Part shown: positions 10,525-20,727 of the stretch, piece by piece
Layout of the letters: the number at the start of each line of letters is the position of its first letter
Position numbering within the stretch: the stretch's first letter is position 1
Virus record (IMG/VR): IMGVR_UViG_3300032038_000021
Location: 32,001 to 96,000 of that record
Length of the DNA: 64,000 nucleotides
Source of the DNA: a virus
Taxonomy: Duplodnaviria; Caudoviricetes
Reading direction: 5' to 3' (one strand)
The notes under the pieces: generated by a model
Databases searched by the model: none
What the model saw: the letters and a program-made list of their open reading frames with translations, nothing else
Told to the model about the DNA's origin: nothing
Position numbers and translations under genes: made by a program

Positions 10525-10805
10525 ATTATACTCCTTTCTGTATATAAATCCATATTATCATATTTATAGTATATTATTCAAAAATTATTTATATAATAGA
10601 TATCGTATCATCCCCTAATATAAGCAATATTATCCTACTTTATTACTCTAAATATTGCCACTTTTGAAGAAATAAATTTCAACAATATAGTAAAAATTAG
10701 TGTATACCGCTTTCAGGTATCATATAATTTAAAATCTCAGTATTTATATTTTAAAATAAATTCAATAGCAATGTCTATTAAATATTATAAAAGGAGGAAT
10801 ACATT

Positions 10806-12557
10806 ATGCCTATCGCTGGTGTAAGAGAAACAAAGACTGTTGGCAACTCTTATCGTAAGAGTCCGCTTGCTGCTTATGCAAAGGCATTTTCAGAATGCGC
10901 TCAATCTATCCTGAAAGAGGATGGTTATGATATTTTTGAAGAACCGCAGAAGGTTTATCATCGCAAGGAATCCAATGCTGCAATGAAGAGATTCTTCATG
11001 GAGAATTGGTACGATGAGAAGAATAATACTCTCGATGCTGAAGATCGTGAAGATCTCCTTGAGCAGGCTAGTGCTCAGTTCGAGAATGACGTTGAGGCTA
11101 TGATGGAGCATTCTGCTCCGGCAGATTATAACCCGATCGTTGGTATGGCTCTGCCGATTCATAAGCTTATTCTTATGAACAACGTCTATGATAAAGGTGT
11201 ATTACAAAAAGTGACCGCAGTACAGCCGAAGTTCACGATCTCTCTTGAGAGAAGGCTTCTGGTTAAGCCGGATGGTACTGAAATTGATATGTTCCTTCAG
11301 CAGAATGAAATGACTGATGCTATCGATTCCACTAACCCGGTTAAGGTTATTGATCTTACTCTCCCGGTAACGGAAGATAAGGATATTATTACAGATGAGT
11401 TTGGTGGAACTTCTCTTGATAATCTGGATGTTTCTACTTATATCTCTGCTGTTAAGGTTAAGGACGTTCTGTTTGAGGTTGGTGATATCCTTCCGGATGC
11501 AGACGGTTATATCAATAAGGATGGCGAGGTTGCTACGGAAGATACGACTGCTGATGTTTGGTTCCGTACGGATATTCGCTTTGCTCCGAACTACGGCGGA
11601 CCGGCTCATTTCGAGAGAACTGTTACGACTCCGCTTCAGATTACTTATAAGGATGCTGCTAATTCGGGTGCTGTTACCACGAAGAAGGCTGTTATCACTG
11701 GTTCTATGAATAAGAACCGTTTCAATATTGCTGATCTGTCTGGTAATATTGAGGAGATTCGTCTGTCTGCGAAGCTCGATTCCAGTAACGCAATGCTCTC
11801 CACTGTATCTACTAAGTGGAAGGTTGATACTGATCTGGTTGAGATCGGAACCGCTACTCCGGTTAATGTAACGATCTCTCCGGAAGAAGTTAAGGACCTT
11901 GCTGCTATGTACAACGTCAACCAGCTTACTAAGCATCTTGAGCTTATCAAGACTGTTCTTGGTAACTATAAGGATGACAAGATCAAGAGCTTCATCGATG
12001 ATACTTATAATAGGCTCGATGAGAGAACCTCTTTCGCAGAGTCATTCGATTTCGCACCGAGGGATGAGTACGCACTGTCTCATGTCGAGTGGAGACAGGC
12101 TACGTTCATGGATTTCCTGGACGACTTTGCTACTCGTATGCTTCAGGTTCTCAATGATCCGAACATGACGATTTCTGTCGTTGGTGATCCTCGTATTGTC
12201 CGTAAGCTTACTCCGAAGGATTATAGTTATCAGGCTCCTAGCAATATCGGTCCTGTTACACTTGATTACACTCAGACGATTGTCAATATGAGTGATAAGA
12301 GAGTATACAACTTCGTTGGCTCCGATAAGATGCGTAATACCAATGAGCTTATGGTTATTCTGAATCCGCGCAATAGTGAGCGTATCTGCCTGAGGATCTA
12401 TGATTATCAGCTGTATGTCTCTAACGAGATTCGTAATATCAACAACCCGGCTCTTCCGGCTATTCATGCATTCGAGCGGTTTAAGACTGTTGCTTATCAG
12501 CCTGTGCTTGGTAAGGTTGCTATTCTTAATCCGAGCGGTCTTCGTGCTGGAGAGTAA
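10806..12557 (+). CDS. Probable major capsid protein
   Basis: 583 aa, strongly biased high-expression codon usage, own late-promoter motif (10681), strong RBS and terminator, near the prohead protease; assignment from context, not from a searched match. Confidence 0.7.
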   Translation: MPIAGVRETKTVGNSYRKSPLAAYAKAFSECAQSILKEDGYDIFEEPQKVYHRKESNAAMKRFFMENWYDEKNNTLDAEDREDLLEQASAQFENDVEAMMEHSAPADYNPIVGMALPIHKLILMNNVYDKGVLQKVTAVQPKFTISLERRLLVKPDGTEIDMFLQQNEMTDAIDSTNPVKVIDLTLPVTEDKDIITDEFGGTSLDNLDVSTYISAVKVKDVLFEVGDILPDADGYINKDGEVATEDTTADVWFRTDIRFAPNYGGPAHFERTVTTPLQITYKDAANSGAVTTKKAVITGSMNKNRFNIADLSGNIEEIRLSAKLDSSNAMLSTVSTKWKVDTDLVEIGTATPVNVTISPEEVKDLAAMYNVNQLTKHLELIKTVLGNYKDDKIKSFIDDTYNRLDERTSFAESFDFAPRDEYALSHVEWRQATFMDFLDDFATRMLQVLNDPNMTISVVGDPRIVRKLTPKDYSYQAPSNIGPVTLDYTQTIVNMSDKRVYNFVGSDKMRNTNELMVILNPRNSERICLRIYDYQLYVSNEIRNINNPALPAIHAFERFKTVAYQPVLGKVAILNPSGLRAGE

Positions 12558-12590
12558 TTTAGAGTATAGATTATAATAACACATAATGAG

Positions 12591-12623
12591 GAGGTGTAGG
12601 GAGAAATCCCTACACCTCTTTTT
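12591..12623 (+). terminator. Intrinsic terminator after capsid gene
   Basis: GAGGTGTAGGGA-GAAA-TCCCTACACCTC followed by a T run. Confidence 0.85.
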
Positions 12624-12745
12624 ATCATATTCAGATTATTATCATTAACTTATTTGTATAATTTACAAAGTAAGTTATATTTTAATAATATACTATAATA
12701 ATGTAAAAAGAAACAAATAATTTATTTATAAGGAGGAAATTTATT

Positions 12746-13207
12746 ATGTTAGATGATTTTGATATTATAGATCTGTTTTTGGAAGACGATGAAGAAGAGT
12801 GTCTTGACGAATCAGCTACGAAAGAAGGTTTGCCAAGATATATAGAATTATTATTTGAGCATTTATTAAAGTTCGAATATCAGCCTGAGAGGAGATCTAG
12901 AGGTTGGTTAAAAACTATTAATACCAATAATACAAATATAATGACATTATTAGGTCCACGGAGAGGAAAAATATATACACAAGTTAATTCTAAATATTTG
13001 GATGATAGATTTGTTGTAGCTGCACATGATGCTGGAAGAGCAATAGGTCAAAATTTAAGTTATCTTAGTAGGCCTATTGATTGGGATAGAGAATTTATTA
13101 TGAATAAAGAAGCTATAAAAGCTTGGTTGTATGATCATAATAATTATGCTGATAATTGTAAAGCTGTAGAGGAATATATTAATGATACAATCAAATATAA
13201 AGAATAA
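12746..13207 (+). CDS. DUF29-family protein
   Basis: Signature LFEHLLKFEYQPERRSRGWLKTI. Confidence 0.75.
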   Translation: MLDDFDIIDLFLEDDEEECLDESATKEGLPRYIELLFEHLLKFEYQPERRSRGWLKTINTNNTNIMTLLGPRRGKIYTQVNSKYLDDRFVVAAHDAGRAIGQNLSYLSRPIDWDREFIMNKEAIKAWLYDHNNYADNCKAVEEYINDTIKYKE

Positions 13208-13703
13208 TATATTAGGTTTTGAAGATTTTCAAAACAAATATCGTGACGAATGGAGAAAGGGTAATATATCTGAAAATAGTGTAAATGAATTATTATATGT
13301 ATTAAGTAATATTGATATAAATAATTCAATTTGTAAGAAAATATTTTGGACTGTTCAGGATATTATACCTCTTTTAATTAAGTATAGATTCAAAAAGAAT
13401 CAATCTTATAAATTAATAGAACCTATACGTATGGATAATTGGTCCTTACATACTTGGATCAGTATAGATCCAAATATAGTTGAATATGGTTGTAGTAAAA
13501 CTACTATATATGGAGGTGTTTGTGAAGGTTTTCGGTTAACTTACGGAGACGACAACTATGCTGATATAGCAGGAGATGAATTAATGAATCAATTAACTGA
13601 AGAATTTATTCTTAAAAATCTATCTGATATAGATTATATTGAGAATTATCTAAAAACTTATGCTAAGACAGATAAGATTAGAAGATATCTTCAGTTAATT
13701 TAA
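13182..13703 (+). CDS. Hypothetical protein (possibly divergent DUF29-like)
   Basis: 173-aa ORF, LLIKYRF motif. Confidence 0.6.
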   Translation: MIQSNIKNNILGFEDFQNKYRDEWRKGNISENSVNELLYVLSNIDINNSICKKIFWTVQDIIPLLIKYRFKKNQSYKLIEPIRMDNWSLHTWISIDPNIVEYGCSKTTIYGGVCEGFRLTYGDDNYADIAGDELMNQLTEEFILKNLSDIDYIENYLKTYAKTDKIRRYLQLI

Positions 13704-13716
13704 AAGGTAATTTATT

Positions 13717-14235
13717 ATGGATTATATAGATAAATTATTTGATAAAATCTCCAATTTCGATGACAATAAAATTATTAAATATAAATCTAAATGGTGTCTT
13801 ATCAGATTAATCTATATGTGTTTGAAATATAGGTATTGTTATCAGATAGGAGTAACACAACAAGTTGATTGGGTTAGTGAAATTGGTTGGTTATTATTAA
13901 ATTATGGTCCTGGTGAATTAGACGACTACGGTGTAAATGAAAGTATCGATTTCTTTCATGAAGGTGAAGTATTAGAAAATATATATTTAGAAGTAGTAGA
14001 TTTTATGGAGAATTATCAAGGATATAAAGACTTACCAAGAGATAAAGATACTATATATAAATTTGCTAGAGATAATATATGTAAAGGTGCTGACGAAAGT
14101 ATAAGATTTTTTGATACTATAACTCGTGATCCGTATAAATATCAACAATGGAAAGAAAGTTGTTTCATATATAAATGGGTTTGTAAATATGCTAGAGGTA
14201 ATAGAATTAAAGAAGAGATAAAATTGTATTTTTAA
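13717..14235 (+). CDS. Hypothetical protein (possibly divergent DUF29-like)
   Basis: 172-aa ORF, CLKYRYCYQ...WVSEI. Confidence 0.6.
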   Translation: MDYIDKLFDKISNFDDNKIIKYKSKWCLIRLIYMCLKYRYCYQIGVTQQVDWVSEIGWLLLNYGPGELDDYGVNESIDFFHEGEVLENIYLEVVDFMENYQGYKDLPRDKDTIYKFARDNICKGADESIRFFDTITRDPYKYQQWKESCFIYKWVCKYARGNRIKEEIKLYF

Positions 14236-14265
14236 ATCATTCCCAGTAGGTAATACCTACTGGGA

Positions 14266-14667
14266 ATGATTATTTATGAGGAAATAAGTATGGAAGACTT
14301 AATGGGAAACTTTGAGGGTTCTGTAACACAGTTCTTTGTACCTGATTCTGAAGTAGTTGTATTCTTTGGATTTATTAATAAGCTTCAGTATCCAGAAGCA
14401 AAAGAAGATGATTTCTATATTATGGTTTGTACGAATTTTATATATAATAACGGCAAGCCTGTAGAAGTATTTCGTATATCTTTAGAAGAACCTAAATATA
14501 TTTATGGGAGTGATAGACTTCCAGAAGATATTAGGGGAGCAGTTATTAAGGTTATAATGGATAATTATAAGCGTGGACTTGAAGCTATTAACGAATATAT
14601 GGAGAGTGGTTGTGAGACTCCTCTTTATGACGTTAATAGACCTGTTCCGGATTATACTAAGTTGTAA
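14266..14667 (+). CDS. Single-domain member of the 'RPIPDY' family
   Basis: FRISLEEPKYIY..LPEDIR..NRPVPDYTKL matches 1-426 and 509-1291. Confidence 0.8.
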   Translation: MIIYEEISMEDLMGNFEGSVTQFFVPDSEVVVFFGFINKLQYPEAKEDDFYIMVCTNFIYNNGKPVEVFRISLEEPKYIYGSDRLPEDIRGAVIKVIMDNYKRGLEAINEYMESGCETPLYDVNRPVPDYTKL

Positions 14668-14790
14668 TATATACTTGGGGATTGGTTAAACTAATCCCTT
14701 TATTTTTTATTTTATCAAAATTCGTATGATTTTAACACTTTAATAATGACTTATATGATATCTGTATCTGATTAGATATTAAAAATAAAT

Positions 14791-16038
14791 ATGAAAGGAT
14801 TAGAGATAATGGATAATCTTACTTTAGAAACAAAGATGCCTATTATTCATGAGCTGACAAAAGCTTGTGAATTTTTAAAGAGTGTTGTAGATTCTGTAAA
14901 TATTAGCGATGAGAATTTTAAAGATAATTGGAATGAAATTAATGAGATTCTTAATAGATTATTTCCCGATAAACAATGCTTACATGTAAGCGTAACGTTA
15001 AATACTGATAAGGTTTGCTTTAGTGTTATAGTAAACCCAGTAATTAGTAATATAGATCTTATGGATATTTTACTGAATGATAGTGAAATGTCTATAGATA
15101 AGTATATGGTAGAAATAGATTCTAAAATTGTATCAGCTTTATCTGCAGATGATTTAGCAATGTATATTATCCATGATATAGATGCTATTACAAGTCCTTA
15201 TGCTGTTACTAGAGTAAGAGCATTTATGGATATATTAATGGCAAATCAGGAAGATAATATAGATCTTAAGAATAGTATTAATTATAGTAATATTCTCATA
15301 TATGGTATTAAATATACTATGAGAAAATTAACCAATTTATTACATTATAACGACGAGGAGGAAAAATCTTGGCCTCGCTTAGCAGATATACGGGCTAATA
15401 TCAGAAACGCTGTTCCTCAGATTATGAGTGATCAGACTCAACCAGATCTGAGCCTTCTACAGTGGTGTTTATTAGTTTATAAGAACTTAGATATAGAATA
15501 TAAGGATGCTATAGAGGTTCTTACGAATGCGAAAGCTGTTACTGGATCTGAATTAGATATATCTGAAATTAATAAATTGATTAAATCTCTTAAAAGAGCT
15601 TCTAGTGAATTAATTACAGAAAGTTCTGTATATGAGAATATTAAGAATAATACCAACTCTACAGCTATTATAAAAGAACAATATCTTGCAGAGAAATTTA
15701 GTCTGTTTAAGAATCTTAAGAAGAATGGATTAAGATCAATAGAAGATGATTTATATGAATATAGATTAAGAACTAAGAATTGTACAGAACAATCTGACGC
15801 AATTTATATTCTGAGATGCATTAATACTAGATTATCTATATTAGATGATTATCTTGCTAATGAAGATATTACTGATTATGAAAGACAACACTGGCAGGAT
15901 GTAGCAGATCAATATAGAAATCTTAGAATAGAATTAGGAAGTAAGAAGTTTAATACAAATTCTGTCAGTAAGAACTTCAATAATTTCTTAAATATAGATT
16001 ATGATGCTCTTGATAGATTAGATAAGAATACATATTAA
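14791..16038 (+). CDS. Probable virion structural protein
   Basis: 415 aa, late-promoter motif at 14734, terminator hairpin at 16047-16068. Confidence 0.5.
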   Translation: MKGLEIMDNLTLETKMPIIHELTKACEFLKSVVDSVNISDENFKDNWNEINEILNRLFPDKQCLHVSVTLNTDKVCFSVIVNPVISNIDLMDILLNDSEMSIDKYMVEIDSKIVSALSADDLAMYIIHDIDAITSPYAVTRVRAFMDILMANQEDNIDLKNSINYSNILIYGIKYTMRKLTNLLHYNDEEEKSWPRLADIRANIRNAVPQIMSDQTQPDLSLLQWCLLVYKNLDIEYKDAIEVLTNAKAVTGSELDISEINKLIKSLKRASSELITESSVYENIKNNTNSTAIIKEQYLAEKFSLFKNLKKNGLRSIEDDLYEYRLRTKNCTEQSDAIYILRCINTRLSILDDYLANEDITDYERQHWQDVADQYRNLRIELGSKKFNTNSVSKNFNNFLNIDYDALDRLDKNTY

Positions 16039-16083
16039 AAAAGAAAGGAGTAGGGATAACCCTACTCCAATCTTTTTATTTAT

Positions 16084-17781
16084 TTATTTGGTTTCATAAT
16101 AGCTCTCAAGGCTATTCTTGATCACGTTTCCTTCCGAGTCGAAGTTAAACTTTCTAACCTCAACTGAGAAGTATTCTGGCTTCACGTTGATTATCGTCGA
16201 TACGATGTTTATAAATAACTCTTTATAATCTGCAATAGATTTACATACAATAGCAGCAGAAGTCTTCCTTGCAGGGTTATGAGCATTCTCGTTACAAACG
16301 ATAATATACAGGCAGTTAGTGCTCTGCTCTATATCTTTCATTGTACTGCATTTATATCTATAGATATAATCACCAAACGTTCTATATATTGCAGACACTC
16401 CCACACCCACTTCTCTATAAGTAGGATATTTATTGACACTATAGGGCTGCACATTATATTTTCTAGTATCATTATTATAGTGCAAGCAACAAAGATTCAC
16501 TTTAAGTTCCTCACAGGCTTTAATAAACGATACAAGAGGGCTCTGAAGACCCGTACAATAAAGATTAACTGATTTGTTTGCTCTACCTTCAGAATCGAAC
16601 CTCAGATATTTCTTGAGGAAATCCTTACATATCTGAAGCTGCTTATCATAATCAAACATAGTCTCTTTGTCGAGACCATCTTCAAATACTCCTTTAACAG
16701 CAGGAGTAGAATGTCTTCCATCTACTAATACACATTCAAACACCGGAGATGCAGAAGTAATTCTGTTAATATTCTTATTATGCAGAATACTCCGCGTATA
16801 CATACCAGGTATACCAGGTTTTATATATGACTCTTCGATGATTTCAGTTTTAGCTTTCTCAACAATGGTATCAACAACAGGTTCTTCTGTTGTAACTTCT
16901 ACTGTATTTACTGTAGGTGCCGGTATTTCTTTTTCCGGCTCACGAATAGGGTCCTGAACCTTTTCTTCTACAGCAACAACTTCTTCTTTCTTTACAGCTG
17001 TTGTGCTGCTTTTATTATTAGAGGAAGCTTTATTTTTATTATTCTGTAGCTTGAGCCTCCTTGCCTTAGTTTTCTTTTTCACTTCCTCATCCTCCTCGTT
17101 CGGCCTGTTAATATCATTCTTCTTTTTCACGTTACTTACTGTATTCTGACTCACATTGGCAAGTTCAGCAATCTCGTACTGTGTTAATGATGTGGTTTTA
17201 AGATCGTTGATAATCCGATCAACAATCTCCTTCGGTATCTTATTTGAAGGAGAATAGCAGGCGTAGAAATTATGATCCATCTTTACATTTGTATATTCCT
17301 TCATATAAGAAATAAGCGACACTATAGATACAAAATATTTTTCTGCAAGTTTACTCAATTCAAATCTGGTAATATATCTAGTACCGTCAATTTCAGCAGT
17401 AGCAGCCTTCTCAATCTTATCCGCTATAAACAGCTTCTCGTCATCGGTGAAACGCTTCTTCTTATCCTGATCTTCTTTGGTACGAGTCCAGACAAATTTT
17501 GGTTCTACGTCGTTGTTTTTTACAACAGAATGAGGTTCTTCTTTTATTATCATATATTCATTTCCCATTGAATTTGCAGTTTCCACCGGCTGCTGTGTTT
17601 TGATAGAATTCTTCAACGCAATAATCCTACCTTTGTTTCTTTTGCTTATGGTTAATACCTGGGATATATCCACCCCATATTTCTTCGCCATATTTTTTAA
17701 CGAAGATAAACTGTTGTTATCAGACTCTGCGAGTGCCGATATGATACAATCTTGCAAACTCTTTGTCATTTCCTTGTACAT
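16084..17781 (-). CDS. Large hypothetical protein with an HTH-like segment
   Basis: 565 aa; TQYEIAELANVSQNTVSNVKK helix-turn-helix pattern; early-promoter-like motif upstream. Confidence 0.6.
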   Translation of the reverse strand: MYKEMTKSLQDCIISALAESDNNSLSSLKNMAKKYGVDISQVLTISKRNKGRIIALKNSIKTQQPVETANSMGNEYMIIKEEPHSVVKNNDVEPKFVWTRTKEDQDKKKRFTDDEKLFIADKIEKAATAEIDGTRYITRFELSKLAEKYFVSIVSLISYMKEYTNVKMDHNFYACYSPSNKIPKEIVDRIINDLKTTSLTQYEIAELANVSQNTVSNVKKKNDINRPNEEDEEVKKKTKARRLKLQNNKNKASSNNKSSTTAVKKEEVVAVEEKVQDPIREPEKEIPAPTVNTVEVTTEEPVVDTIVEKAKTEIIEESYIKPGIPGMYTRSILHNKNINRITSASPVFECVLVDGRHSTPAVKGVFEDGLDKETMFDYDKQLQICKDFLKKYLRFDSEGRANKSVNLYCTGLQSPLVSFIKACEELKVNLCCLHYNNDTRKYNVQPYSVNKYPTYREVGVGVSAIYRTFGDYIYRYKCSTMKDIEQSTNCLYIIVCNENAHNPARKTSAAIVCKSIADYKELFINIVSTIINVKPEYFSVEVRKFNFDSEGNVIKNSLESYYETK

Positions 17782-18016
17782 GATATCTCCTTTCTACAAT
17801 GACAGTAATTAATATTACATACTTATAGTATATGATTGAAATTATTTAAAAGACATATATTCCCCGTAGGTTTTACCCTACGGGGAAATACAGGAGAATT
17901 TTTATGAAACCGTTAACGCACCACCTTTTTGTATTACTATTATGTTTTTATATGATAATATAGATATATTAATTTAAAGTAATAGATCCCCAATATAGTC
18001 AAGTAGATAAATGAAT

Positions 18017-18332
18017 TTATCTTCCATATACGATAACACGAAGTAGTGTATTTCCACTTTCCATATAATACCTTACAAGCGAATTATTAAAAAATATATA
18101 TAGAACCGCAATAATTGTACTGGTGTCATCTATTACACCTAAATAACATGGTTTACCAATTATATATCTGCTAGTATATATAATTCCTCCACCAAATGGT
18201 TGACCGCTATTATCTCTACCATACAAAACCATAATATCTGATATATTGTCAGGAATAGTAACATCAACAGGTGTTCGAGAACTTGTAGTATTATCGTTAA
18301 TAACGATAAATTGTTTGTTTATTTTTTCATCA
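18017..18332 (-). CDS. Silent tip cassette 25
   Basis: DEKINKQFIVINDNTTSSRTPVDVTIP... in frame with track ORF 18017-18232. Confidence 0.7.
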
Positions 18333-18371
18333 TCTTCTAAATTTATATTATAAATAAGTTTTAGTTGTTAA

Positions 18372-18660
18372 TTATTGAAGAATTTTCCACGAATCCCATG
18401 TTTGAGGATTTCCAACTCTTCGCCTGAACCCTTGTGAATTTCCACCTATAATTAATTGTATTCTGAAAGTATCGAATTGTATAAGTACTCCGTACCATGG
18501 AGAAAATTTAGATGGAAAACTTGTATGAACAAATTCTGTGCTAGATCCTATAGCATAATAACCAACACCTATATCTGTATTATCTATATTACCGGAAAAA
18601 TAACCTCTATTTCTTAACGGATAGCTTGACAATTTACAATAATTATTATTCAAATCATCA
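18372..18660 (-). CDS. Silent tip cassette 24 (pyocin-knob-like)
   Basis: DDLNNNYCKL...GYYAIG...GVLIQF...WDSWKILQ*. Confidence 0.75.
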
Positions 18661-18678
18661 ATCGGTTGTAAAATTATA

Positions 18679-18964
18679 TTATGTTTTAGCAAGTACGTAC
18701 CAACTAGTAAAACTATTATTAAGTCTATATCTAAGCACAGTTTGATTAGTATATATTTGTATTTGTATTCCATAGTCTAATGTTCTACGATATGATATGA
18801 TAAAATGAATATTACCTTTTAAATGAGCATCAGTTTCATATTGACCGTGACTAAAGGAAATTGATCCAGTAGGTTGATTATTAAATAGATCGGCGCATGA
18901 ATATGATTCATTTAATAATATAGGTGAAAATGTACATTTACTACGAAACTGTGTAGCTTCATCA
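18679..18964 (-). CDS. Silent tip cassette 23 (no start codon; absent from ORF track)
   Basis: DEATQFRSKCTFSPILL...DYGIQIQIYTNQTVLRYRLNNSFTSWYVLAKT*. Confidence 0.75.
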
Positions 18965-18976
18965 ATCGATTAAAAA

Positions 18977-19277
18977 TTATAATTCTTTTACAGGCTGCCA
19001 AGTGCCACTAATTTTTGTTTGATAAAGTAATTTACTAGTATTATATCCAAAAACTAAACCAGCAGCATAATCACTAGTTGCAAATTTTTGCACTATACAA
19101 GTAAAATTTCCATATACAAATATTATACCTATATGTATTTTATTATCGTTATCTATACTATCTATAGCTGTAGATATAACATCTTTGATTTGATTAGTAT
19201 TTTTATAACTTAAATAAAACGAATTACCAATATAACTAGTTATTTTATTTAATTTCTCAATAGGACCATTTTCATCA
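18977..19277 (-). CDS. Silent tip cassette 22 (paralog of cassette 5; absent from ORF track)
   Basis: DENGPIEKLNKITSYIGNSF...DYAAGLVFGY...SGTWQPVKEL*. Confidence 0.8.
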
Positions 19278-19433
19278 AAACAATCGGCTCTAGGGTTAAT
19301 TCCCTAGAGCCGTTAAAATTGCTAAAAATAATCATATATTATATTTTAAATAAATAATAGGAAACTGGATTAAATTATAGAAAGGTGGTGATTATATAAG
19401 GATAAAAGAAATAGGAAATAGACAAGGAGGTGA

Positions 19434-19607
19434 ATGAGATTGATTTATCTTAATAAAGATCAAATAGATCAAGTTGTCCAGATTGCAAAGTCGATACGAC
19501 CTGATCTATTTCCTGATGGCAACCATATCATTGGGAGATCTTATAAAGATTTATTTGAAGTTTCTAATCTTTACAGAACTATCTGTAAAGATTTAGGATA
19601 CAGATAA
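19434..19607 (+). CDS. Small protein (57 aa) flanked by a 17-bp inverted repeat
   Basis: AAGGAGG RBS; MRLIYLNKDQIDQVVQIAKSIRPDLFPDGNHIIGRSYKDLFEVSNLYRTICKDLGYR*. Confidence 0.7.
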   Translation: MRLIYLNKDQIDQVVQIAKSIRPDLFPDGNHIIGRSYKDLFEVSNLYRTICKDLGYR

Positions 19608-19778
19608 TAAATCACAAAAACCCGTAGTAACAATCCAATCTTTTATCCTAATCTATTTCCTATTATTTATTTGTAAAAAGAAAAGTAAATATTAAATATT
19701 TACTTTTCTTTTTTATCTGTATAATAATTTATAATTACCTCTTTATATTTTATAGTTTTCTGATGCTTAGAATCTTAA

Positions 19779-20139
19779 TCATATTGATGCTGATATTGAT
19801 TGTATTGTATTTGGTACTTGCCCATATATAATACCTAACCAATGTGTATATTGAATGTTTGCTGTGATCTTTATAGTTTTATTTGTAATTGTAGCTGTAG
19901 GGGTGGGTGGATTGTTACCACTATCACCACCACCAATAAATATAATAGTCGGATTATTAGATCCAGAAAAGAAACATAAATACATATTAGCATTTAATAC
20001 TAATAATATTCCACCATAACAAGCATTAAAATCCCCTACAGTAATATTTACATATTTTTTATTTATATATGAAAATATTATAGATTTTCAGAAAAAAGTA
20101 GTATATGATAATTGATTTTTAATCTGTGTATTTTCATCA
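19779..20139 (-). pseudogene. Tip cassette 21 with one in-frame TGA
   Basis: DENTQIKNQLSYTTFF*KSIIFSY...NANMYLCFFSG... continues in frame into track ORF 19779-19985; stop at 20088-20090. Confidence 0.65.
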
Positions 20140-20190
20140 TAAGTCAGTGAAATATAAGTAGATTTGGTAACTCACTGTATATAAGGAGTC

Positions 20191-20650
20191 TTAGAAGCTA
20201 ATTTTAGCGAGTGGAACCACACCACGACTGAGATCCGTCTTGATGTTGTACAAGATATCCCCACTCTCAAGGACAACATATGCGTTAGAATCGTTATATT
20301 TAGTGCTTGTCCAATATGGAAATCCATTATTTCGCACATATTTATTTATCATATTGGCTTCACTTTGAGTTGGGATTTTACAATTCTCTACCCTAATATC
20401 ACTAGATTTAAGATATAAGACTACTGTCCAAGAACAGTTACAAGCATCAGACCAATTTAAACTATCCTCATTAAGTCCTTTATAATTATATTGTGTATCA
20501 TATTTTCTACTTCCAATTGTAAAGTCAGTTCCCAAAAACCATGCAGCGGATCCGGATCTATAAGCACAAATAAATTGCATAGATCCTTTTTGATTTCCAT
20601 TATATGAACCTCTTACAAATGTACCTACTTTTATATTATTCAAATCATCA
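20191..20650 (-). CDS. Silent tip cassette 20 (C-type-lectin/DGR-target-like C-terminus)
   Basis: DDLNNIKVGTF...IPTQSEA...YWTSTKYNDSNAYVVLESG...GVVPLAKISF*. Confidence 0.75.
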
Positions 20651-20727
20651 AAAAGTTGTACTTACACCTATATTTCGTATTTGAGTAGCTTCTCATAAAC
20701 TATATTGGAGTTTAATAATATAAAACT

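Noticed and set aside
10890-12584. Long antisense and alternate-frame ORFs over the capsid gene (similarly over the fibre genes at 43-61 kb)
   Set aside because: Shadow ORFs caused by strong codon bias and repeats; no RBS or recognisable motifs.
20088-20090. Stop-codon reassignment (TGA read-through)
   Set aside because: Long genes translate cleanly in the standard code and several end at TGA; this is one isolated internal TGA.
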